Virus record (IMG/VR): IMGVR_UViG_3300025018_000442
Coordinates: 1 to 29,045 of that record
Strand: one strand, 5' to 3'
DNA: 29,045 nt
Source: a virus
Taxonomy: Duplodnaviria > Caudoviricetes
Shown here: positions 16,887 through 24,944 of the stretch, piece by piece
Numbering within the stretch: position 1 is the first letter of the stretch
Layout of the letters: each line of letters starts with the position of its first letter
Translations under genes and position numbers: made by a program
The notes under the pieces: generated by a model
Databases searched by the model: none
Told to the model about the DNA's origin: nothing
Seen by the model: only the letters and a program-made list of their open reading frames with translations

Positions 16887-17947
16887 TCAGCCCTCCTTTC
16901 CAGCACCTGCTTGACCATGGCCGCGATTGCCGCCGGGTGGATGCTGTCGAGCACGTGGCAAAACTGGCTGCGCGCGCAGTGCGCCTGCGGCCACATTTTC
17001 GGCCGGCCATGGTGGCAGCAGCCGGCGCACTCTCCCCTGCCCTCGATCGGCAGCACCGTGGGGTAGTATTTTACCCGCACAATCGCGGGAAAACTCCCAT
17101 AGAGTGCCACGCAGGGGATGCCCAAAGCCCCGGCCACATGCACCAGGCTCGAGTCCGGGCACACCAGGCAATCGCAATCGGCGGCCAGCGCCATGCTCTG
17201 GCGAAAATTCGGGGCCGGGTTTGCCGCCGGCAAAACCTGCACGCGGTCGCTCAGGGCGGCCGTTATCTGCACCGGGTGCCGGCCCGGCTCGCCAAACAGG
17301 CGCAGTCCGCACCCCATGTGCAGCAGCACTTTCAAAAGGTTGTGCACCTGCGGGTAGCTGCGCACGGGGCTGCTGGCGGCCAGCTGCACCCCAACCACGT
17401 GCTTGCCCTTCGGCCGGGGCCACTTCAGCAGCGCGGCCGCCTTTTCAAATTCGCTCAGCCACAGTTCGGGCTGCCGGTCGGGGATGCATAAAAACGGAAA
17501 TTTTCTCCAAAAACACTCCAGCGCGTGTTCCGTGGCCGGATGCTCGGCGTCTTCCACCGTGCCCTCCAGGCTCACCACCGCGTCGTAGCCGCGCAGCAAG
17601 TCAGTGCGCAGCGGGTAGTCGATACATTCGTGCACAAAGTGCAGGCCTTCCAGCACGGTGGCATTGCTTGGCACGGTGCACACACTCACGCGCTGGCCCA
17701 GCTGGTGCAGCGCGCGCAGGATGGGCGTCAGCATGATCAGGTCCCCCAGTCCACCGGGCCGGATTACCAGCACGTTTTTTCTTTTCTTGTCCCATTCCCG
17801 CAATACGGGGGCCGGATGCAGTTCCACCCGGCGGGGATTCTGGGCCAGCCACAGGCCGGCATTCACCGTGTCAGCCAGCCAGCTGCCCCGTGGCAACTGC
17901 CGGCCCCGGCCAATCTCGATGGGTTCGTTTACGATCAGCGTGTGCAT
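16883..17947 (-). CDS. Glycosyltransferase family 9 (ADP-heptose:LPS heptosyltransferase-like)
   Basis: VLVIRPGGLGDLIMLTPILRAL and DSSLVHVAGALGIPCVALYGS; C-terminal CxxC..C cluster. Confidence 0.88.
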   Translation of the reverse strand: MHTLIVNEPIEIGRGRQLPRGSWLADTVNAGLWLAQNPRRVELHPAPVLREWDKKRKNVLVIRPGGLGDLIMLTPILRALHQLGQRVSVCTVPSNATVLEGLHFVHECIDYPLRTDLLRGYDAVVSLEGTVEDAEHPATEHALECFWRKFPFLCIPDRQPELWLSEFEKAAALLKWPRPKGKHVVGVQLAASSPVRSYPQVHNLLKVLLHMGCGLRLFGEPGRHPVQITAALSDRVQVLPAANPAPNFRQSMALAADCDCLVCPDSSLVHVAGALGIPCVALYGSFPAIVRVKYYPTVLPIEGRGECAGCCHHGRPKMWPQAHCARSQFCHVLDSIHPAAIAAMVKQVLERRAD

Positions 17948-17951
17948 GGCT

Positions 17952-18806
17952 TCAAATCGCAAAAGGCAGGGTCTTGCATTTGAATCCACAGGCCTGCCGG
18001 TGGCCTCCACCGCCATATTTCACTGCGATGGGGGAAAAATCTATCTCCGGTTTGCCCGGCACTCCGTAGAGTGATATCCGCCACTGGCCCTGGCCGTCGT
18101 AGCCAAATCCAAGGCACCCTTCGTGCTCCGGTTTTAGACCGGCCGTAAACAAGTGGCTGTTGTAGCGCGCATGGTTGCAGGCCAAAAAGCACCGGCCTTC
18201 AAAGTTCACGGTGAATCCGTTGTGCTTGATAATGGATTCGTTTTGCTTGCCCTGGGCGTAGGCCACGGCGCGGCCGTCCTTCAACAGCGAAAGCACAACA
18301 GCTGAGCGTTTGCCGGCGGTCAGCAATTCCTGCCATAATGCCGGCGTCAGTTCGCAACTGCGCAGGGCGTGCTGAAACAAATCCGTGTCTGGGTCGCGCT
18401 TGTCCCAGATATCATATTCGCCGGCCAGTCGCACGGCGTGCGGTTCTTCCACGGTGCGGTCGTAATATTGGGCCTTGGTCGGCAAGGCAAAGCCGTTGGG
18501 CTTATTAAACCACTGCCAGGCTAAGCGGCAAGCGGCCACTCCGTCGATGCGGTAGCCGGGGATTGTTTCGGGGTATTTTTCAATCGCACTTTTGTGGTGG
18601 TCTATCCACACCAAGCCGGGGTGCTGCATCAAACCATCCACGCTTATGTCAATCATGTAGAGTGTGGCCGCAATGTGCACCTCTGGCACCGGCTCGCCAT
18701 AGTCCCAGCCGATATATTCCGCAGTTTCACCAAAGGCTTGCCGGGCGATTTCCCGCGAAAACAGGCCGTCAAAATCGGCCCGGTGATAGATTACAATCGT
18801 CTTCAT
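17952..18806 (-). CDS. DHH/DHHA1 family phosphoesterase
   Basis: YHRADFDG, MIDIS, WIDHHKS, YDIW, GGGGHRQACGF. Confidence 0.9.
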   Translation of the reverse strand: MKTIVIYHRADFDGLFSREIARQAFGETAEYIGWDYGEPVPEVHIAATLYMIDISVDGLMQHPGLVWIDHHKSAIEKYPETIPGYRIDGVAACRLAWQWFNKPNGFALPTKAQYYDRTVEEPHAVRLAGEYDIWDKRDPDTDLFQHALRSCELTPALWQELLTAGKRSAVVLSLLKDGRAVAYAQGKQNESIIKHNGFTVNFEGRCFLACNHARYNSHLFTAGLKPEHEGCLGFGYDGQGQWRISLYGVPGKPEIDFSPIAVKYGGGGHRQACGFKCKTLPFAI

Positions 18807-18810
18807 AAAT

Positions 18811-19692
18811 TCATGCGTGTTTCCCGAAATAGCGGCACCATTCGCGGCCGGCCCATTCTCCCATGGGCACGGGCACCCCGTTGCCAATCTGCCGGTATTG
18901 TTCCTGCCGGGTGCCGGCAAAGGTAAAGGAGTCTGGCACTCCCTGCAGGCGGGCGTATTCCCGCACGCTGTAGGGGCGCACGCCTTTTTTGTAGCGGTTA
19001 TCAGCCACCAGCCGGGTGCTCACATCCTTGGCGTAGTGCGCCACACAGGTGGGGGCCACGTCGCCGCGCGCGGCATCGCTCACAATGGGTTTGTCCCGGT
19101 AGCGGCCGCGCAGCCGGCGGTAGACATACGCGGGAATTTCCACGTCCGGTTCGCTCTCCAGTATCTCGACCAGTGGCACGGCGCGCGTGGCCTCGGGCGG
19201 CCGCCAGGCAAAGGGCCGCCGGCTGCCAAAAATTATCAGCCGGTTGCGCTTCTGAGGCAGCCATAGTTCGGTGGCTACCGGGCAAAACACACTCACGTAG
19301 TAGTCGGGCAGCTTGGTCATGGCCTCCATTACCACGGTGAATTTTTTCATGCCGGGCACATTCTCCAGCAGGTAGCCTTCGGGCCGGGCAATCGCCAGCA
19401 GGCGAAAAAAGTGCAGGTAGAGTTCGTCCCCCGTGCGCACCCCGTGGATGTCCCCGATGGGCGAATATTTCGTGCACGGGTAGGTCGCGGCCATCACGTG
19501 GCAGCCCGGCTGTTCGGCCACCAGTTTCTGTTTCACATCGGCCTGAATTACGGCGTGGGTGAAATTGCGGCGCAAAGTCGCGCAGCATGTCGGGTCGATC
19601 TCCAGGCTCTGCTGCACGTCCAGCCCCCCGCGGTGCAGGCCCAGGTCAAACAGGCCGGCCCCGGAAAAATAACTGTTCACGCGGATGCTCAT
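18811..19692 (-). CDS. DNA (cytosine-5) methyltransferase, orphan
   Basis: FSGAG (motif I), YPC (IV), ENV (VI), QKRNR (VIII), ARLQG (IX), YRQIGNGVP (X). Confidence 0.95.
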   Translation of the reverse strand: MSIRVNSYFSGAGLFDLGLHRGGLDVQQSLEIDPTCCATLRRNFTHAVIQADVKQKLVAEQPGCHVMAATYPCTKYSPIGDIHGVRTGDELYLHFFRLLAIARPEGYLLENVPGMKKFTVVMEAMTKLPDYYVSVFCPVATELWLPQKRNRLIIFGSRRPFAWRPPEATRAVPLVEILESEPDVEIPAYVYRRLRGRYRDKPIVSDAARGDVAPTCVAHYAKDVSTRLVADNRYKKGVRPYSVREYARLQGVPDSFTFAGTRQEQYRQIGNGVPVPMGEWAGREWCRYFGKHA

Positions 19693-19789
19693 GTTTTCTT
19701 GTGCCGGCCTGTTCCGTTCACGATCAGCTTCCCCCCGATGGGTCGGATCAGGGAAAAGCTGATAGGGATAAATAAAAAAAATTTGCCCA

Positions 19790-20374
19790 TCATGCCGGTT
19801 CCTCAGCCGGGGCCGCGGCAGGTTGCTGCACCAAGCGGCGGCGGTTCAGCAGGCGGGCTTTCAAGTCGGTCAACTCGCGGGCCTGGGCCTGCACAATGTC
19901 GATCAGCACGGTGGCAATCTGTTCGATCCGCTCGTCCATGGGCGTGCCGTCGTTGGGCAGTGGTTTTACCCCCGCCTGGGCTTCCAGCCGTCGCACCACC
20001 CCGGCCAGGCGCGTGGCCATGCGGTGCAGGCCGGCCGTGATTTCGGTTTCCTGTTCCCGGGCCTCCCAGAATTCGGTGGCCTCCTGGTGCAGCTGCACGG
20101 GATTCAACACCATGTCGCGCAGCTCCTGCGCGCGGTCCTCATATACCAGCAAACGTGCGTTGCGCTTGCCTTGGGTCGGCGGGTGGATCTGCGCATTGTC
20201 CAGCAGCCTTTCCACGCAGCTGCGCAGCGTGTGGTAGTGCAGGCTGGTGCCGGCCCAAAGCAGCATGGCCTTTTCCTGCTCGTTCAGTTGCACCGGCAGT
20301 TCGGCGTAGGGCGCCGGGGCCGGGCCGGCGTTGGCGGGAAAATCTTCCAGATTGGCGGGGGGTGATTCGTTCAT
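19790..20374 (-). CDS. Hypothetical helical protein
   Basis: 194-aa ORF in operon context. Confidence 0.65.
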   Translation of the reverse strand: MNESPPANLEDFPANAGPAPAPYAELPVQLNEQEKAMLLWAGTSLHYHTLRSCVERLLDNAQIHPPTQGKRNARLLVYEDRAQELRDMVLNPVQLHQEATEFWEAREQETEITAGLHRMATRLAGVVRRLEAQAGVKPLPNDGTPMDERIEQIATVLIDIVQAQARELTDLKARLLNRRRLVQQPAAAPAEEPA

Positions 20375-20378
20375 AAAT

Positions 20379-20759
20379 TCAGTTGTTCGCTGCGTTGCGT
20401 TCTCCGGTCTCGGGGTTCAGCCCATGGGCCAGCCAGTGCCGGCGGTATTTCTCGGCCTCTTGCTCAAGCACGTGGGCCACGTTGCGGTCCTGCACTCTGG
20501 CCCAGAGCCCCTGCAGAATCATGCCGCTCAGGTCATCGCCATGGCCGTAGAGTTTGAAACGCGTTTGAAAGTCCTGGCTCAGCTTGGTGGTGCGGTCCCA
20601 CAGGCTCCAGTTGTTGCGCAGATACATGCCCAGCGTCATGTGCACGGCCGCGCTGTCCAGCCCGCCAATCTGCGCCTTGTCCTCCTTGGTCAGTGCAGCG
20701 AACAATTGTTCGATCGCCTCGTCCACCGTGGCCGGCACCTGGTCTTCGTTTAGTTTCAT
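20379..20759 (-). CDS. DUF6794-like protein
   Basis: HMTLGMYLRNNWSLW..HGDDLSGMIL motif, recognised from memory of the family. Confidence 0.65.
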   Translation of the reverse strand: MKLNEDQVPATVDEAIEQLFAALTKEDKAQIGGLDSAAVHMTLGMYLRNNWSLWDRTTKLSQDFQTRFKLYGHGDDLSGMILQGLWARVQDRNVAHVLEQEAEKYRRHWLAHGLNPETGERNAANN

Positions 20760-20929
20760 TTGGCTTCGGGTTCGTTGGGCAGGCCCAGCGCGGTGCGCAC
20801 AGCCTGGTGTTGTTCCTTCACGCGCGTAATCATGGCGTCATTTTTCCAGCCCGCGCGGATCAGCTGGCCGTAGAGTTCGGCCAGCAGCTGTTCGCAATCG
20901 GCCAGGGTCTGCATTGCCTCGGGCTTCAT
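20756..20929 (-). CDS. Hypothetical protein (57 aa)
   Basis: ATGA overlaps at both ends (MKPEAMQ...EPEAK). Confidence 0.6.
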   Translation of the reverse strand: MKPEAMQTLADCEQLLAELYGQLIRAGWKNDAMITRVKEQHQAVRTALGLPNEPEAK

Positions 20930-21501
20930 TTGTCGGGCCTCCCCAGCCAGATATGCCACACATACTTGGCCCAAAAATGCAGGGTCAGGCACACGCTCCA
21001 CCACCACACGTGCGTGGTGCGGGTGTTCAAATATTGCGGGCGCGAGCCCCATACGTAGGCGTAGCGCACGGATCCGCCGTCCGCGCAATAGTGTTCATCG
21101 CATACGTTGCCTGTGCAGGCCTGCTGGCTCGAGCTACTCCACACGCCAAATTCTTCCTCGACGATTCGGCCCCGGCCGTGGATTACCCAAAAGCGCAGCA
21201 GATTCTTGCAGCTGCCCCCCTTCAAGGTCAGCGCGCGTTCCCGGCCGCAGGTCACGGTGAAGTTGGAAAACACGTTGTCGTGGTCCTCGCTCGAAATGTC
21301 CACCGCGTCTTCGGTGCCCCCGCCGGCGATTATGAAATTGTGGAAAGTGCAGCCCCGGCGGCGGAAAAACTTTGCCGTGTCCTGCCAGCTGCCCAGTGGG
21401 AATTCCGGGTCGCTCAGTGGTTCCAGCACCACGTTGCTTTCGTCCCGCTGTTCCTCGCTGTCGTAGCTCTTGAAATTGCGGTCATGTCTTGTGCTGCTCA
21501 T
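20926..21501 (-). CDS. Short parallel beta-helix-like protein
   Basis: DTAKF, EDAVDI, ALTLKGGS..N repeats resembling pectate-lyase-type rungs; Trp-rich C-terminus; AAGGA upstream. Confidence 0.55.
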   Translation of the reverse strand: MSSTRHDRNFKSYDSEEQRDESNVVLEPLSDPEFPLGSWQDTAKFFRRRGCTFHNFIIAGGGTEDAVDISSEDHDNVFSNFTVTCGRERALTLKGGSCKNLLRFWVIHGRGRIVEEEFGVWSSSSQQACTGNVCDEHYCADGGSVRYAYVWGSRPQYLNTRTTHVWWWSVCLTLHFWAKYVWHIWLGRPDK

Positions 21502-21516
21502 GGAGTCCTTTCTTTT

Positions 21517-21906
21517 TCAGCCAAACAATTCGGCCTGGTAGTCGTGCACCTGCGGCCGCTGGGGGGTTGCAGGTTGAGCCGGATGCGCGGGCACAGTGTC
21601 ACCGGGGGTGCCTTCCACTAATCCCTTGGTTTCACTCCCGGCGGTGTGCCCACGCTCCGGTAAATTGATCTGCCGGCCGGCGTCACGGGCCGGGCCTGCG
21701 CGTTGAAATACCTCCCTGGCCTGTGCGGGCAGGCGGGCTTTCAGCTGGCCCTCGTCCCGCCACACCAGCCGGTGGTAGGCCAGCCAGCCCAGCAGATTCT
21801 GCATGAGCGGTGCCTGCAGGTTGACGGTGCGGCCGTGCAGCACGTCGTCGTAGAGTGCCAGCCGGGGGCCGCGCAGGCCGGCGATTATGTCAGTCCAAGC
21901 GCTCAC
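21517..21906 (-). CDS. Hypothetical protein
   Basis: GTG start (VSAWTDII) just after the Tad1-like stop. Confidence 0.5.
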   Translation of the reverse strand: MSAWTDIIAGLRGPRLALYDDVLHGRTVNLQAPLMQNLLGWLAYHRLVWRDEGQLKARLPAQAREVFQRAGPARDAGRQINLPERGHTAGSETKGLVEGTPGDTVPAHPAQPATPQRPQVHDYQAELFG

Positions 21907-21913
21907 GGCTGTT

Positions 21914-22354
21914 TCAGTTGCCCTTGTGGGTGCCTTCGGTGCCGGCGGCCACGCGCCGCTGGGTTCGGCTCTGCAGGGTCTCCATGGCCGCCTGCACGTG
22001 TTGCAGGGCGTCCGCGTTTTCCTTGCACGCAAAGGGCCCGGTTTGGAAACACATCAGCCGGTGGGCCACGATCGCCAGCAGGGCCTCCTGGGTCCAGCCG
22101 TTGGGGCCTCTCTCCAGGATCGCCCCGTTTTGGAATTCGATGTGGCACTCTTTCACCAGCGGGCCGGGGCTGCCGGGGGTCAGTCCGGGCCGGCGCAACT
22201 GCAGCTTGTAGTGGTGGCGCGCGCCTCCGGGGCCGGGCTTGTCCACGATCTGGATTGTTACCAGTTCGTTCAGTCCGTTCACCTGGTGGTCGCGCAGTTG
22301 GCTGGTGGCGGGGTGGTCCTGCCACTGCCGCGTTGTTTTCTTTGTTCGGGCCAT
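21914..22354 (-). CDS. tad1: Tad1-like anti-defence cyclic-nucleotide sponge
   Basis: GPGGARHHY, IEFQNG, LLAIVAHRL..FQTGPFACKENADALQHV..R..GTEGT match the Tad1 family pattern. Confidence 0.85.
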   Translation of the reverse strand: MARTKKTTRQWQDHPATSQLRDHQVNGLNELVTIQIVDKPGPGGARHHYKLQLRRPGLTPGSPGPLVKECHIEFQNGAILERGPNGWTQEALLAIVAHRLMCFQTGPFACKENADALQHVQAAMETLQSRTQRRVAAGTEGTHKGN

Positions 22355-22381
22355 TGGGTTCCTTTGGTTGGGGGTTGCGGG

Positions 22382-22630
22382 TTATTCCAGTTCCAGGTCG
22401 CCCTCGGTGGGCTTGGGGCTGGGCGCGGGGGCGTCGATGCGGCCCGCGTTGTGGTCCTCCACGGTGTTGCACTGGGCCGGGTGCACCTCCAGTTCCCGGT
22501 GGTCGCACACCACCCCCAGCACGCCCTGCTTGGGGTTCAGTTCCGTCACCGTGCCCACTTTCAGGCCGTTCGGGGTGTCGATAAATACCCGGTCTTTCTT
22601 TTGGGCCTTGCGGCCGTTCTTGTAGTTCAT
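22382..22630 (-). CDS. Hypothetical small beta-rich (SH3-like) protein
   Basis: 82 aa, MNYKNGRKAQKKDRV. Confidence 0.6.
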   Translation of the reverse strand: MNYKNGRKAQKKDRVFIDTPNGLKVGTVTELNPKQGVLGVVCDHRELEVHPAQCNTVEDHNAGRIDAPAPSPKPTEGDLELE

Positions 22631-22667
22631 GGGTTCGGGTTTCTTTGGTTGGTTGCGGGCCGGCCGT

Positions 22668-23516
22668 TCAGACAGAGCCCAAATGCACGCGCAGCTTAGT
22701 TTCGGTTTCGATTTGCTCGCGGGCGGCCAGCGCGGCTTCGCGCACGATCACGTGCGGCCGGTCCAGCAGGTAGGCAAAGCTCACCGTGCCATTGTTGCCG
22801 ATTCGGAAGCGCAGTTTGGCGTCAATTTCAATGCCCGCATTGCCGACAAACGGCACCAGCCCCAGCCGGAATTTGTCGGGCAGGTTCATGTCGTCAGTTT
22901 TGCGGTTCACCCCTTCGCCTTGGCGCAGCTCGATATCCTCCACGTAGGAGAGAATTACCCGGCCGTCCTTCAGCCGGCGGCCCTGCTTGAAAGTGGCCGT
23001 CTTCTTGCCCTCCAGCAGCTGGGTCATTTCGAGAATTTCGGCCGCGTCCGGTTTGATTATGTCCGTCGCGTGTTCCTCGATGTGCTCGGCAAAGGCCTCT
23101 TGCGGCATCAGCTTTTCGTTTTTGTCCAGCCAGGCCTGCCACTCCGGTGTGGTTTCCAGCGTCAGCAGCGCGCGGTGCGTGCCGTTTTGGGCCGCGTTGT
23201 CCTTGCGTTGGTGCCAGTCGATGATGGCCATAAACTGCACGCGCTCGGGCGTGAACTGGGCAAAAATCACCGTCTGTTCCGGCAGGGCGTGGTCCGTCAC
23301 GTAGTCGATAAAGGAACTCACCTCGGTCAGTCTGATCACGGCCTGCGCTTCGGCGGGCTTGATGCGGAATTTGCTCGGGTCAAACACTCCGGCCGGGCCC
23401 ATTAAAAACGGGTGGTGGCCGGTCAGGGTCACTTCCTTGTGGCGGTTGGCCTCGGCGGCCTCTTTGGCAATGGCGATGATGTGCGGCGCTTCGGCCATGG
23501 AATTATTGTCTGTCAT
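22668..23516 (-). CDS. DUF2303 (YfdQ-like) family protein
   Basis: SFIDYV..AIIDWH..HRA..EWQAW..QEAFAEHIEE..LPDKF..FVG..AKLRFR. Confidence 0.85.
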   Translation of the reverse strand: MTDNNSMAEAPHIIAIAKEAAEANRHKEVTLTGHHPFLMGPAGVFDPSKFRIKPAEAQAVIRLTEVSSFIDYVTDHALPEQTVIFAQFTPERVQFMAIIDWHQRKDNAAQNGTHRALLTLETTPEWQAWLDKNEKLMPQEAFAEHIEEHATDIIKPDAAEILEMTQLLEGKKTATFKQGRRLKDGRVILSYVEDIELRQGEGVNRKTDDMNLPDKFRLGLVPFVGNAGIEIDAKLRFRIGNNGTVSFAYLLDRPHVIVREAALAAREQIETETKLRVHLGSV

Positions 23517-23550
23517 GATTGTGGTTTTTGTTGCGGTTGCGGGTTCGGCC

Positions 23551-23568
23551 CGTGGTGAGCTTGTCGAA
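23551..23568. repeat. Solitary REP-like motif
   Basis: CGTGGTGAGCTTGTCGAA (TTCGACAAGCTCA on the minus strand) in an intergenic spacer. Confidence 0.55.
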
Positions 23569-23573
23569 TCCAG

Positions 23574-23969
23574 TTACTGGCTTTTGGCCAAAGCGGGGGT
23601 GGGTTTGTCGGCGGCCCCGCCGTCCATGGCGGCCAGCTGCATTTCCTGTTGCGCAGGGTTGCGGCGCGTGGGGTTGCCTTCCTCGTCCACAAAGAAAACC
23701 GGCTGCTTGTCGCGCGCGGGTTGTGGCAGGGTGGTTTTGATCGTATCTATGATCTTCACCAGCGGGGTGTCGCCCACTCCGGTGCCGCTGGGTATCACCT
23801 CCAGCTGCAGCACCACCTTGCCCTTTTTGATTGCCAGCTGGCACGCGCGCGTCACTTCGCGCAGGGCGTCGTCCAGGTCGCGCAACACCTGGCCATCGTT
23901 CATGGAACCTAGCGTGGATAGAAACACCCCTTGCGGGGCCTCGGTCGGGGGATTGTTCTTCATCGTCAT
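23574..23969 (-). CDS. Conserved partner of DUF2303 (YfdP-like)
   Basis: L..AL.EV..A...KKGKVVLQL..FFVDEEGNPTRRNPAQ, directly upstream of DUF2303. Confidence 0.75.
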   Translation of the reverse strand: MTMKNNPPTEAPQGVFLSTLGSMNDGQVLRDLDDALREVTRACQLAIKKGKVVLQLEVIPSGTGVGDTPLVKIIDTIKTTLPQPARDKQPVFFVDEEGNPTRRNPAQQEMQLAAMDGGAADKPTPALAKSQ

Positions 23970-24015
23970 GTGTTGGGTTTACGTTGCAAAAAATGCTCTC
24001 GCGCGGGCCGGCTAT

Positions 24016-24321
24016 TTACTTCGCTTTGCCGCTGGTGGGCGGGGTCGGTTTGCCCGAACCGCTGGGGGTTTTATCCTCCGGGGGCACGTCGCCGGGCTTT
24101 CCCGCGTCGAGAGTGGAAAACTTGCTCTTGTCGGCATGGCAGCCGCACCAGTCGCCGCCCATGGTGAGCGGCCAGCGGTTGTCCGTGGCCGGGGGCTGCG
24201 CACGGCATTGCCCCTCGTCGCCGGGGGCGATTGTCACCACGCGGTTGTCATAGACTACGCGGCGCGGCGCGTGACTCTGGCCCAGCTTCAGCCAGTAAAT
24301 GCAGCTATGGCAGGTCTTCAT
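24016..24321 (-). CDS. Small Cys-rich (CxxC..C..WCG) phage protein
   Basis: MKTCHSCIYW..GQCRAQPP..WP..DWCG. Confidence 0.7.
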   Translation of the reverse strand: MKTCHSCIYWLKLGQSHAPRRVVYDNRVVTIAPGDEGQCRAQPPATDNRWPLTMGGDWCGCHADKSKFSTLDAGKPGDVPPEDKTPSGSGKPTPPTSGKAK

Positions 24322-24638
24322 GCGTGTGCAGGCACGATGGTGCCCAGTCCGGTCTTGTGTCGTTGCAGGGCCACCCCGGGCACAAACACCAGGGCCTCAG
24401 CCGCGTAGCCGGCTCCCCGCGTGCACGTGTTGATCACCACCCCGCCGGGCACGGCCATGGCCGCGGTGCGCTTGCTCGCTCCGCTGGCCAGCTGGCGCAC
24501 ACTCTGCAGTGTCACCCACAAATCTTCCGGGCCCACGGTCTTTACCTTGGGGACCGGGTCCGGCGGCGGCGCTTTGGGTTGCGGGGGTCTCGGCGCATAG
24601 GGCCGCCGGGCCCTGGGGGCTTGTTGGGGGTAGGCCAT
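24318..24638 (-). CDS. Hypothetical protein
   Basis: 106 aa with KRTAAM.VPGGVVI..EALVFVPGV; ATGA overlap downstream. Confidence 0.7.
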   Translation of the reverse strand: MAYPQQAPRARRPYAPRPPQPKAPPPDPVPKVKTVGPEDLWVTLQSVRQLASGASKRTAAMAVPGGVVINTCTRGAGYAAEALVFVPGVALQRHKTGLGTIVPAHA

Positions 24639-24644
24639 AAAAGT

Positions 24645-24944
24645 TTAGTTTTTATTGGTGCTCGGCTGCTCTATTTCCCGCTCCTTGAAGCAGGCGGCGT
24701 TGGCCTGCTTGCGCAGCTCCATGCAAAACTCCGCCAGCGGATCGCGCCGAATTGCCGCGCGCGCATCTTCGAGTGCGGGAGAAATCCGAAATGAAGCTTC
24801 CGGCACGTAGCCACTTATCCATTCCCGGTACAGCACGTCGTGCGCTTCGATCAGTGCGCGGGATTCTGGCGGCAGATCTTTTTCGGCCGCCAGCAGCGCC
24901 GTAAAAATCACATGCGAAAGCGTAACCGCAGTTGTCGTGCTCAT
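24645..24944 (-). CDS. Hypothetical protein
   Basis: 99-aa ORF, coupled to the upstream gene. Confidence 0.6.
   Translation of the reverse strand: MSTTTAVTLSHVIFTALLAAEKDLPPESRALIEAHDVLYREWISGYVPEASFRISPALEDARAAIRRDPLAEFCMELRKQANAACFKEREIEQPSTNKN

Noticed and set aside
18811-19692. Restriction-modification system
   Set aside because: No adjacent endonuclease; the methyltransferase appears orphan.
20383-20705. 11-bp inverted repeat TTGTTCGCTGC / GCAGCGAACAA as cassette core sites
   Set aside because: Both copies lie inside the DUF6794-like ORF and no L-box hairpin is present; probably chance.
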